Origin: Patescibacteria group bacterium
Lineage (GTDB): Bacteria > Patescibacteriota > Patescibacteriia > UBA10025 > JAHIVO01
Length of the DNA stretch: 64,000 nucleotides
Direction: 5' to 3'
Assembly: GCA_041660605.1 (NCBI GenBank)
Contig: JBAZWB010000001.1
Span: forward strand, 265,295 to 329,294
A program made the translations under genes and the position numbers. A model generated the notes under the pieces. The model saw only the letters and a list, made by a program, of their open reading frames with translations. It did not search any database and was not told the origin of the DNA. Shown piece by piece: positions 26,993 through 38,700 of the stretch (its first letter is position 1; every line of letters begins with the position of its first letter).

Positions 26993-28435
26993 ATGCCCAA
27001 GAAGCCAAATGAAAAAGTAAATTATAAAAGCAAAGAAATGTATCAATTGCTGAGGGGGATGAAGGATATCATGCCCGAAGACCAGAATTATTGGAATTTT
27101 ATCCGCGCCCGGGTAAATTCATTTGCCCAAGCTTACAGTTTCCAGCGCATTGATTTGCCCATCCTGGAGCAGACTTCGTTATTCATCAGATCGGTTGGCG
27201 AAGATACCGATATTGTCGAAAAAGAAATGTACACTTTTCGCGATAAAAGCGATGAATCCGTGACTTTGCGTCCGGAAGGCACCGCCGGTGTTGCGAGGGC
27301 ATATATTGAACACGGTATGCTGAACAGGCCTCAGCCGGTAAAAATGTATTACCTCGGCCCTTTTTTCCGCTATGATCGGCCGCAAGCCGGCCGTTACCGC
27401 CAGTTTTATCAGTACGGTTTTGAAGTCCTTGGCGACAATCATCCTGTTATTGACGCCCAGCTGATGATGATGGCTTACTTTTTTTATTCCCAGATGAATA
27501 TACCGGTTACTTTGCAGGTCAACAGCGTCGGTGGTCCGCAATGCCGCACCCGCTACAAAAAAGCCCTGGCGGATTATTATAAGACTAGAAAAAATTCACT
27601 GTGCGAGGATTGCAAAAAAAGACTGCTGAAAAATCCTCTGAGGCTTCTGGATTGCAAAAACCCGGACTGCCAGTTATTGGCGGCTGACGCTCCGCAGCTG
27701 GTAGATTATCTCAGTGAGGAATATCATGATCATTTTGTTAAAGTGCTGGAGCATCTGGACGCTTTGGAAATATCTTATGTCTTGAATACGCGATTGGTGC
27801 GCGGCCTTGATTATTACACAGGTACGGTTTTTGAAGTTTGGCCTACCGAGGGTAATCGTATAATTCCAGGCGAGGGTGTCCCTGGTGAGGGTCCCCAGGA
27901 AGGAGCCGTTCAGAGTGAGGTCAAGCCCTCGGCTCAGAGCGCTTTGGGCGGTGGAGGCCGTTATGACCTCCTGGTAAAAACGCTCGGTGGCCCGCCAACG
28001 CCGGCTATCGGTTTTGCTGCGGGGATCGAGAGATTAGTTCTGGAAATGAAATCCAGGGGTTTCAAACTGCCGGCCGAATTGCGCCCGGATATTTTTGTGG
28101 CGCAACTGGGCGACTCGGCGCGCAAAAAAGCGCTTAAGCTTTTCGAGGAGCTGAGGCAGGCAAACTACAATGTCACTGAAAGTTTTTCTAAGGACGGCCT
28201 GAAGCAGCAGATGGAAGTGGCTAACCGCCGCCAGGCAAAATTCGCGCTGATTCTCGGGCAGAAGGAAATAATGGACAGCACGATCCTGATCAGGGATATG
28301 GAGAGCGGATTGCAGGAAACCGTTGATTTCAGCAAAGTCGTCCCGGAAATAAAAAAGCGTTTGGAAAAATACAGCGTAGTCAAAGTTATAAATAATAACC
28401 GCGGCGCTAATACGTTGGTTCCCATCAATGAATGA
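26993..28435 (+). CDS. hisS: Histidyl-tRNA synthetase
   Basis: LRPEGTA, FRYDRPQAGRYRQF, LVRGLDYY, GGGRYD. Confidence 0.98.
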   Translation: MPKKPNEKVNYKSKEMYQLLRGMKDIMPEDQNYWNFIRARVNSFAQAYSFQRIDLPILEQTSLFIRSVGEDTDIVEKEMYTFRDKSDESVTLRPEGTAGVARAYIEHGMLNRPQPVKMYYLGPFFRYDRPQAGRYRQFYQYGFEVLGDNHPVIDAQLMMMAYFFYSQMNIPVTLQVNSVGGPQCRTRYKKALADYYKTRKNSLCEDCKKRLLKNPLRLLDCKNPDCQLLAADAPQLVDYLSEEYHDHFVKVLEHLDALEISYVLNTRLVRGLDYYTGTVFEVWPTEGNRIIPGEGVPGEGPQEGAVQSEVKPSAQSALGGGGRYDLLVKTLGGPPTPAIGFAAGIERLVLEMKSRGFKLPAELRPDIFVAQLGDSARKKALKLFEELRQANYNVTESFSKDGLKQQMEVANRRQAKFALILGQKEIMDSTILIRDMESGLQETVDFSKVVPEIKKRLEKYSVVKVINNNRGANTLVPINE

Positions 28436-28769
28436 TTGTATTTTTTGCAAAATCATAAATAAAGAAATTCCCGCGACAGTCATCAATGAAACTGATGATT
28501 TTATCGTGATCAAGGATATTCAGCCAAAAGCTCCGATTCATCTGCTGATAATTACAAAAAAACACATCCAATCGCTCTCTCATTTGGAGGCAGGAGACCA
28601 GGCTTTAATGGGGAAAATGGTTGAGCAGGCAAAACAGCTGGCTGAGAAAAGCGGGCTGTTGCAGAGGGGATTCAAGCTGGTAGTGAATTGCGGCCCTGAG
28701 GGCGGACAATTAGTGCCTCATCTGCATTTTCATTTTTTAGGCGGGGAAAAGCTGGATCATTTGGCCTAA
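28428..28769 (+). CDS. HIT-family nucleotide-binding protein
   Basis: DCIFCKI, HLHFH triad. Confidence 0.95.
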   Translation: MNDCIFCKIINKEIPATVINETDDFIVIKDIQPKAPIHLLIITKKHIQSLSHLEAGDQALMGKMVEQAKQLAEKSGLLQRGFKLVVNCGPEGGQLVPHLHFHFLGGEKLDHLA

Positions 28770-28822
28770 TATTGGCTGAATTTGCTTACTAAGAAGTAAT
28801 TATCCATTTTTTTCTGTTTTAA

Positions 28823-28852
28823 TTGACACTTGCGGTAAATATGTGTTATATT
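28823..28852 (+). promoter_or_regulatory. Sigma70 promoter for rpsU
   Basis: TTGACA-18-TATATT with TG; AAGGAGGTG SD follows. Confidence 0.6.
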
Positions 28853-28903
28853 AAATTAAGAATTTAATAATTTATTCACCAAAATCAAGGAGGTGAAATT
28901 TAA

Positions 28904-29194
28904 GTGGTCGAAGTAAGAAGGAAAGAAGGAGAATCAGCAGAAAATTTAATCAGGCGCTTTACCAAGAGAGTGCAGTCAAGCGGAGTCCTATTGAGAGCCA
29001 AAAAGGGAAGATTTTATACATCCAAAAAAACAAAGCGCGAGGTGCGCGAAGTGGCAGCCAGGCGCAAATTAATCAGGGATAAGAAAGAGTACCTGAGAAA
29101 AATCGGAAAACTTGAAGAATTTATTGATCCGCGCAAGCCAAACAAGCGCGGTACTATAAAAAAACTATTGCAAGCGAAAATAAGAATGAACTAA
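28904..29194 (+). CDS. rpsU: 30S ribosomal protein bS21
   Basis: VEVRRKEGES...IRRF.KRVQ.SG, basic; located upstream of yqeY. Confidence 0.85.
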   Translation: MVEVRRKEGESAENLIRRFTKRVQSSGVLLRAKKGRFYTSKKTKREVREVAARRKLIRDKKEYLRKIGKLEEFIDPRKPNKRGTIKKLLQAKIRMN

Positions 29195-29216
29195 TAAATT
29201 CGCCGGACTAAACTTC

Positions 29217-29672
29217 ATGAGCGTTACTGAAGACATTGAAAAGAATATTAAAAAAGCCATGGTGGCTCATGACGAGCTGACTCTGTCTGTTTTACGGATG
29301 GCGAAAACCGCCATACATAATAAGGCGATCGCTCTGAAGAAAAAAGAATTGACTGAGGAAGAAGTGAAGAAAATTCTTTTGACTGAGGCGAAAAAGCATC
29401 ACGATTCCATCGCCGCCTTTGAGCAGGGCGGCCGGCAGGAACTGGCAGACAAGGAAAAAAAGGAGCTCAAAGTATTGGAGGAATATCTACCGCAGCAGCT
29501 GGATGAAGAGGAGACCAAAAAAATTGTTCAGCAGGTAATCGAAGGTTTGGATGACGCGCAGAAGAATTTCGGCACGGCCATGAAAATGTGCATGGCGGAG
29601 CTGAAAGGCCAGGCGGACGGCCAACTGGTATCGCGACTCGTTAAAAACGCGTTAGCGCCATCCGCCGAATAA
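29217..29672 (+). CDS. GatB/YqeY domain protein
   Basis: GGRQELADKE..E...L..YLP.QL, KGQADG. Confidence 0.92.
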   Translation: MSVTEDIEKNIKKAMVAHDELTLSVLRMAKTAIHNKAIALKKKELTEEEVKKILLTEAKKHHDSIAAFEQGGRQELADKEKKELKVLEEYLPQQLDEEETKKIVQQVIEGLDDAQKNFGTAMKMCMAELKGQADGQLVSRLVKNALAPSAE

Positions 29673-29718
29673 GCAAGGATAGTTTTACTTATCATATTGC
29701 TTTTCAATATCTCATTCC

Positions 29719-32700
29719 ATGGGAGGCAGAAATAAAAATAAATTCATTACGGGGGCGGTTGTAGGATTAATTTTCAGCTTAGCGCTGATAGCTATGGCTG
29801 TTTTTGTCCTGCCAAATGCCGTCTCCGCCCAGGCGACTATTAACAGCGAGCTAGGGACGACTTTTGGTTTGGGCACGGCGGGCCTGGAATCGACAGTAAT
29901 AAAGATCGTCCAGTGGGCGCTCGGCTTCCTCGGGCTGATAGCGGTGATCATGATCATCTACGGCGGCGTGGTTTGGATGACCGCGGCCGGCAACACTGAT
30001 AAGGTAGCTAAGGCCAAGAAAATAATCATCCGCGCGGTGATCGGGCTGGTGATTGTTCTCTTAGCCTGGGCGATCGTCATGTTTATCGTTGACAGGATAA
30101 ATAAAGCCACCGGTGGCGGCGGAGATTTTTGCGATCCTCATTATTTTGGACCAAATTGGCCGGCTGACGCGGAGGTACGCTCGGACGGCTGTGCCTATTG
30201 CAATGAAAGCGGTACCGGCTGGATAGTTATCCCTGGCTGCGTCACTTTGCCGGATACCGACACTTTCCGCGTCAAATGGGTGGATCCGACTGACGGCGAA
30301 CATGACGTGCCTTTGTGCAGCATCGTGCAGGCCAAGTTGAACGGTAAAGTTGTGCCCGCTTCCATCGCTGGTAATGTTGGGCTGTATGTTAACGGTGCCA
30401 CGGCTAAAGGTGGCGATGCGTGTCTTGCCAACAATGAATGCATGTCTGGCGTTTGCGATATTGGCGGCACTAACCAGTGCGTGGGCGATGAAGTCGCCGG
30501 CAACTGGCAGGTTTCACCTGACCAGACAATCATAGAATTTTTACCGGCTACCGATTATCTGGAGAATCAGTGGTACCGGGCGGAATTGAGGAGAAATACC
30601 CCAGGGAATCCGGTTATTATCCAGGAAGACGCCGCTGATCCGCGTGATTTCGTAACTAAAATATGGATGTTTACTACCGGCATTACGACTTTGGATGTGC
30701 CTCCGACCGTGACTACAATATATCCAGCTGATGGTGAAGATAAAATTTGTTTGAACACCGCCATCCAGTCAATATTTTCCAGTAAAATGCGGGCCGCTTC
30801 AATGAACGCCAGTACTATAAAATTGGCTGAGGCCGGGACAGGAGATTACGGAATTAACATTAACGATCATACAAGTAATTCTTTTTCCGGCCGTCCGGCC
30901 AAACTTTTAAACGCCGGTAAAGAGTATAATGTTACTTTAACTGCCGGAGACCCCGGGAATAATGATCCGAATAACGGTGTTATGGACGTTTGTCTGAATC
31001 ATCTTGATGGCGATGCGGATACTGTTGAAGAAGGCACGGCCGGTGGCGATAATTTCCTTGAAACGGTACCGCCAAGCTCCAATCCCACCTTTACGGATGC
31101 GCCCTGGAATTTCTTAGCTGATACTGACACTACCAATGATAAATGCATACCGGAAATAACCGACATTGTGCCGGCTAATGGCAAATATGATAGCACCGCG
31201 GTAGATATACAGGGCGTGAATTTTGGTATTATTGGTTTCACCTATTTTAATAAAGGAGTAATTAATGCAGGGAATTGTTTTGACGGGGGGGGATGGCCTA
31301 GATTAGAATGCGTCAACAGCTGGTCGGGCAATAATATAAACATTCACGTGCCTGGCGGTCCGATCAACGGCGGCCAGAAAGCAGTGCCGTATAACGGCGC
31401 GGCCGATGGGCCGGTATCCGTGGAAGTGGCTGGCAAAACCAGCAACAATTGGACTTTTGACGTAGCCAGCCCGCAAATATTAAAAGCCATCGGCTTTAAA
31501 AACAATCGCCACGGCGGTACTGACCAGTATGTTACCCTGATCAGCCGTTCTGATACTGACGGTGGTTTCGGTGATAATACAGGTACGGTGGTTTTCCGGA
31601 GTTTTCAGCCTCCCTACAATGTGGTTACTGCGCCTTTCCCTCCTGATCCGCCTTGTGACGCCTCCTGGGCTAATGACCAGGTGATTATTAAAGTACCTGA
31701 TCTGACAGCCACGCTAGGCGTTCCCGCTTGCCCGGTGGCCGGACCCGCTGACTGGGTAAGTTGCCTGAATACTCCTTCCATGGTGGGTATTCAGCTTATC
31801 AGGAACGGAGGTGATCGTAGCAATATAGTTAATTTTGTCTATACTAATGAAGAAGCCGGTCCGGGTTTGTGCGCCATTCAGCCGCAGCAATGCGGTACGG
31901 GCGGTGAGACCGTAACTGCGGTGGGCCAGAAATTTCTTGCTCAGACTCCTGCGAGCCGAGTGCATTTTTCCGCCATCCAAGCAGTAATAAATAGCTGGAC
32001 ATTGAACCTGGTGACCGGAGACAGCGCGCAGGTTACTGTGCCAAGCCTTGATAACGCTGAAGATTATCTGGTGACGGTTTCAAATTCCGTTGGCACAAGT
32101 AACCCCTTGCTCTTTGACGTACCGTGCGGCCTGATACCAAAAGTGGTGGAAGATTCCTCCTGCGAAAATTATTGCCAGCTTGATCCTACCCTTAAGGGCT
32201 GTACTGAAGACATAGACTGCGGCGTTTCCGGTCCCTGCGTCACCGGCATTTCCTCGCCAAATCCGTATAAAGGCAATACTGACGTCTGCGTCAATGTTAA
32301 CGCCGCGGCGTCTTTTAATACTCTGATGGACGACGCCATGCTGACTGACGGCAATCTGGTCTATCTGCAGAAATGCAATGATGATAATTGCTCGGATGTG
32401 GATCCGGCCAAGGTGGCAGGCGCTTTGTCGGTATTTATCATTGACCCCACTCACGAAGGCGTTGAGTTCAATCCGGCTGTTAACCTTGATCCCTCAACAA
32501 CATACCAGATGACTATCCAGAAAGAAGTGCAGAGCGAGGCTGGCGCGCACATGAATAATGATTACAAGTGGCATTTCAAAACTAAAGACAGCATTGAACC
32601 CTGCCCGGTGGAGAAAGTGGTAGTTGCTCCGAACAGCGCGATTTTATATAATCTTGGAGACACTCAGAATTATTCCAGCTTAGCCCAAGGTCCGAACTGC

Positions 32701-35700
32701 ACCATCTTAGATCCCAACGACTATACCTGGGCCTGGACTTCGGAGGATTTTGGAATTGCCAGTGTTCCGGTGCCCAGCAGCATAACGCGAAATGAAATCG
32801 CCACCGCTACCGGCCTAGGCACTACTTATATAAAGGCCAGCATTCCCGCGGAAAGCAAGAGCGGCCGGGGCAGGCTGAAAGTTGATCCGGAATCCTGCGC
32901 TTTTAATCCTGATCCTGGTTACTGTGCTAACCCCGGTGGCGGTGTAACCTGTCCAGGCAGCTGGTGCGATTTACTGGCTGACAAATGCATGCCGGTGATT
33001 ACTGAGCGATCCATACCGCCGGATATACCGCCGAAGGAAATCACTCCACCCCAGGGACCAGCGGGCACTACGGTTTCTATTGAAGGCTGCTGGTTTGGCA
33101 GTAAAACCGGTCAGGTGATTATTGACCAGGCAGCAACTTTTGAATGCAGTAATTCCTGGTCAAGTAATTTGATCGTGGCGACTACTGATCCCTTAATTCC
33201 TACTGGTAATAAGCCGGTGGAAGTATTGACAGCTTACGGCCGATGCAACGGCGGCGACAGAGACGGCCGGTTATGCACGGTGGTAGGAGAATGTCCCGGA
33301 GCCGCGTCATGCGATAAATTTTCCAATATGATTGACAGCGGTCAAAGCGGAGCGCTTAGTAAAAATTTTAATGTTACTGACAGATGTTCCGGATATTGCG
33401 ATCCTAACATCAGCCCGGCGGAATTTGCCAATGCTCCTTGCGTTGATGATAGTAATTGCGATAATGTCCCCCTCAGCTGCAAGAAAGTGCTTCCGACCGG
33501 CGGCATACCGGGTATTTGCCCGCCTTTACAGCCGTCTGCGGGACCGGAGCTGACGCATGTATATATTGAAGGCTTTAATCTTTTGCCTGATAACGCGCAG
33601 ACTGTAGATGATTTGGTTTATTATCCACGAGGTAAGTCAGACACTCGTGATGATATAATTTTTTCATATTTGGAAAAATGGACCGGTACGGCTATCGATA
33701 GAAGCCGTGTGCCGGTTGGCGCGGAATCCGGCGCGGTTAACGTGCTGGTGGACAACTGCCCCTCAAATTCTCTGCCTTATGCCGTGACCTGCACTAACAA
33801 CATCCAGTGCGGTACGGGCTGCTGCGCTGATCCCGGCACGGGCCAGAAGATGTGCCTGCCTTTTGATCCATATTGTCTGTCTGGTACCATGCAGCCATGC
33901 CAGATAGAAGAAAATACCGACACTCCGGAATCTCCCGAAAATCCCAACTGCACTTCCGGCCAGATCTGGAATCCGGGTAATTATATGTGTATCAGTACCA
34001 CAGGCGATACTTCTCATGAATTTCCGGCACCGCCAGAAGATGCCACGCATCTATTCGGTACCGACTGCCGCGTGTGCTGCGACGCCAATCCGCCGCAGGT
34101 GTCAGCTTCAGGCTTGACCTGCCGCGCGGACAAAGGCGACTGCAGCGGCACCGAGCGCGGATTGTATTGCGGCTGTGACCCTGCAATTCCCGGCCAATGC
34201 GGAGCGGGCTTCGGCTGCAGCGCCAAAGACACCTGCTGCTATCCGGAACCCGTCATTGATCATGTCATACCTGATCCGTTAGCGGGCAATCTGCTCTGCA
34301 CCAACGTGGTTATCCGGTATTACTTCAATGAAGTCATGGATACGGAGACCATGAATACCGCCAATATTATAGTAACTGATGGCACAGATCCAATCGCCGG
34401 AAAAATAGATATCCATAAAAATAAAAAGGGTTTTGGTTTTGTCGCGGATAAACCGTACACACCCGGCCAGCAGGTGCATATCGAGGTAACGACCAATGTC
34501 AAGAATAAATACGGCGTGGGCATGGCGGGTTCTGATTCCAGGATTTGGACTATTGATCCGGCCGCGTCCCTCTGCGCCATTAACCAGATTGATTTTACGA
34601 TCATTACCACCGGCGCGCCGCCGACTTATGATCCGCCGGACGTGTTTCGCTGCGCCACGGATAATTGCAGCGGAGACATGGATCCCGCGCCGGGTACGGG
34701 CAACGAGCATGGCATCACGGCCTATGCCTATGATAAAAGAGGCCTGGAAGTGGCAGCTACCTATCAGTGGCAAGAAGAAGATGACGCGAATGTTATTGCC
34801 ATTGACCAATTGGCCGTAGGCACTGATAACGCTATCACCGCGCAACCCAATAATGGCAAAGCTAACATAGTAGTGACGGCTACCGAGCAGTACGTTGGCG
34901 ATTCGAAACTAACCGATAAGGCCAGAGTCAGCGTGATGCTGTGCGAAAAACCCTGGCCCAATCCGTATGCGCCGGAAATGGATCAGTTTCCTTTTGAGGA
35001 TTCTGACCGCAATCCGCCGGCTACCTGGAAACCGGACACCATTTTCCATACAAATAATTTTATTGCTAATTACAGCATCTGGTATTGCCGCGATTCCGGC
35101 AATCCGCCTTTATTAGAGCGCACTGATCAGGTAACAGTCCGTGACGGCTCGCCGACGGATCCGGACATAGTCAAGGAATACTTTTTCCTCAGGCCTGGCA
35201 CCAGTACGGACGGCATCGGCATTATTGTCGCCGACAATCCTGATAATAAATCTCCGGAGCAATGGTATCGGGATAAATTCGGCGCGGCCGCACCAGCGCC
35301 CCAGAGTCTGACAGTGGACGGCTATCCGGCGGTCAGAGCCGGCCGTACCGTTTATGTCGGCGTGCCGAACCTGGTAGGCGGAGCATTCCATCAATATATA
35401 TATTTATTATCTCATGACCAGGAGGCTTCAGATGAAACGCTGGATATCTACAACCGCCTGCTGGCCAATTGGGAGTTTAATGTTAATGTTGATCCGGCAC
35501 AAAAGGCAGCTTTGCAGCGCGATTTGCAGAGAATCAATAGCTTGGAGGAAATTTACGGCAAAATGCTGGCTTATAAGAATAAAAATGGCTTTTTCCCCAA
35601 ACTTGAAGGCGGTTCGTATATCCAGCATTTGTCCAATTCCAAATGGCCTTCCTGGCAGGAGACGCTGGGGTCCAGCATTAACAGTCTGGGCTTTATACCG

Positions 35701-38700
35701 CATCAGGCGCCGTTCCTGGAAAAACTACGCGGTTTATTTGTTAAAAACGCGGTCGCCCAATCCGGCCTGGCCGTTGATCCGTTGAATAAATTTGATTTGC
35801 CCGACCCCTCGCTGCCCCCGCAGTGCCTGGAGGACAACGGATTTAACCAGGATACCTGCTGGAATGAAACAAAACATTTGTATGAATGTCCGGCCAATTC
35901 AAATATTTACCAATATATGGTGGATGCCAATGGCGACAATGCCGCGCTCTATGCCCGGATGGAATACAGCGGTGCCGATAGTTTTGCAAATTATTTTGGG
36001 GGCGATCCTTGTACCGGCATAACCGGCGCCACCTGCAACTGCTTTAATTATGTATTGGGCGTAACCGGCAATCTGGCTGATCACGAAGGTCCGGAAATCC
36101 AGGGGGTGGACGCCTTGGGGGCCGGTGTGAACTGGATCAGCAGCACCCGGCCACTGGGCGTGTTAGTCGTTGACAAGCCAGACCTTAATCCCAGCGGCGT
36201 CAACCGGGTGGAATTTTTCGTTGACGGCATTAGGAAATTCACGGACAGCGACGGCACTGGTCCGGGCTGGTCCTGGGATTTCGTTTCCACGCAGTATGCC
36301 GACGGCGACCATAAGATTTCTGTGACTGCCTACGATAATGTTGGTAACTGGACCACGAAAAATTATGACATTAAAATCGACAATTCCAGCGGAGCGGATA
36401 CTACCGATCCCTTCATCGCCATCGCCCGGCCGGGAAACGGCGCTTCGGTCAGCGGCAAAGTCATCATTGAAGCGCAGGCCAGCGATAACCAGGTGCTGGC
36501 GCAGGTGCAGATTTCAGTTGAGGGCGCTTCGGCTAACTGGGTCTGTCCTGGCGGCGGTTCAAGCATGACCTGTACGACAGCCATCCCGAATCACTGGAAC
36601 ACCGCAGCACTTGACGCTGATGGCAAATATATCTATCCCAATGGCGAATATACCATCAACGCCACGGCCACAGACGCAGCCGGCAACAGCCGCACTGCCA
36701 GCATAAAAGTGAAAGTAGCCAACAGCGATTATACCGCACCATCCGTTGTTTTGACCGCGATATATAACGGCGGTCCGGATCATTGGAATAATGGAGATGT
36801 CATACCTGGCGCTATTGCGTACGCCCAGGGTCCGGGCGAGGTGTGGGTCTGGGTGATACCTACTGACGACCAGGGGGCTGACCAGTTCTACAAGCCCGGT
36901 CGCGTGAAATTCTACGTTGATGGCATCTATCGCGCTGACGGGTCAAATGATAATGGCGACCAGGTGTGGGAATGGGCGCCATGGAACACCCTGGAATACT
37001 CCAACGGACTGCATGAACTGACCGTCTATGTTTATGACGACGCGGGCAATATGGCCAGCGATACCTGGTATATTACGCTGAATAACGCTCAGTCAGACAT
37101 GGAACCGCCGGTAGTTAATTTTAGAAATGCCAAATCCAATCCAACAGGGAGAACGCTTTTAAATGGCCAGCCAGCTACGCAAATCATATATATTGATGCC
37201 AGCGCTTCAGATAATATCGGCGTTACAAAAGTTTATTTTTATCGCGATTATATATTGCGATCCGAGGTCATTGTTCCGGATCCAATGACAGGCTACTCCT
37301 GGATGGTTGATACTAATGCAATTTCGCCGGGTTGGCATACTTTTCAGGTGGACGCGGAAGACGCGGCGGGAAACCGCAGCGACGCCATTGAGATACGCCT
37401 GAATATCGGCGGCGGCGGCGCTCCAATTTGCGGCGACGGCATCATTACCAACTTTACTGTTCCGCCGGAACAGTGCGAGCTGATCGGCTACACCCCGCCG
37501 CCTGATAATCAGCCTATTTACAGCATGAACGGCGAGACCTGTAAAACATTGGGCTATGGCTGCGGCACCCTGGGATGCAATCCGCCCCTCTCCGCTAATG
37601 AGTGCCAGTTTGATGTTAGCCAATGCAAAAACTCCGTTTGCGGTGACGGTAAGATCGAGTGCGGCGAAACCTGTGAAAGTGTATCGGACTGCCCGGCCGC
37701 GCCTAATGCTTGTTCTACTATTAATTGCAATAGTTGCGACTGCTCTTACGATCAGAATTGCACCAACGCGCCGGGGTGCGAGCCTGGTACCCTTACCTGG
37801 TGCGCCAACTGCAACCACTGCAACAATAAGATCAAGGATTGCGATGAAACAACCACGGATTGTGGCGGCGCCATGTGCCCGACCTGCGGATGCACGCCAG
37901 GAAACCAGCGATGTACAGTAACCTCACAGACGCAGGTCTGCAATAACCTCGGCGTCTGGGTAAATGAAGCGCAAACCCTGCCTACCTGTACTGCCCCGCC
38001 TAGTTATCCTTTCTGGCAGGGCGATTGTAATTTGGGCTCAACATCAGGTTGCTATTCTGGCACTGTTTGTAAAACCTCGGGAGCTACCGATGCTCACTGC
38101 GAAAGTAATCAGGCCATACAATGTACTGCAGCCTGCCAGACTGGTTGGTCACTGGCTTATAACCAGTGTTGCGTCACCCAGCGATGTAATACCGGCCCAC
38201 CTCTACACACGGAGAAATTTGTAAGCGGTTCCTGGGTTGATGAACCCCAGGGTACACCAATTTGCAGTATGGCCAATGGGGCCAATTGGGATGGAAATTG
38301 TGTTATGGGTAATAGCTGCTACAACACTACAATCGGTTGTATGATGACTGGCGGCGGAACAGATGCTAAGTGCGTGAATACAAGCGTCAACCCATTCCAA
38401 TGCGTGGCCGCTTGCCAGAGTTCATTTCTAGCCGCGTATAACCAATGCTGCGCCGTATGCGTTGACGGCACAAAGCAGGATTGCGGCGCTACGAATACTG
38501 ATGTTGGCGAATGCAATATCGGCGAGCAGACCTGCGTCAGCGGCGCCTGGGGACCCTGTACCGGCGAAATTCCTTCGTCGCCGGAAATTTGCACTGGCGG
38601 CAAGGATGAGGACTGCGACGGCGCTATTGATGCTGCGGATACGGATTGCGCCATGCAGTGCAATCAAGCCTGCAACCCGCCCAGTATAAATTGCGCCAGC

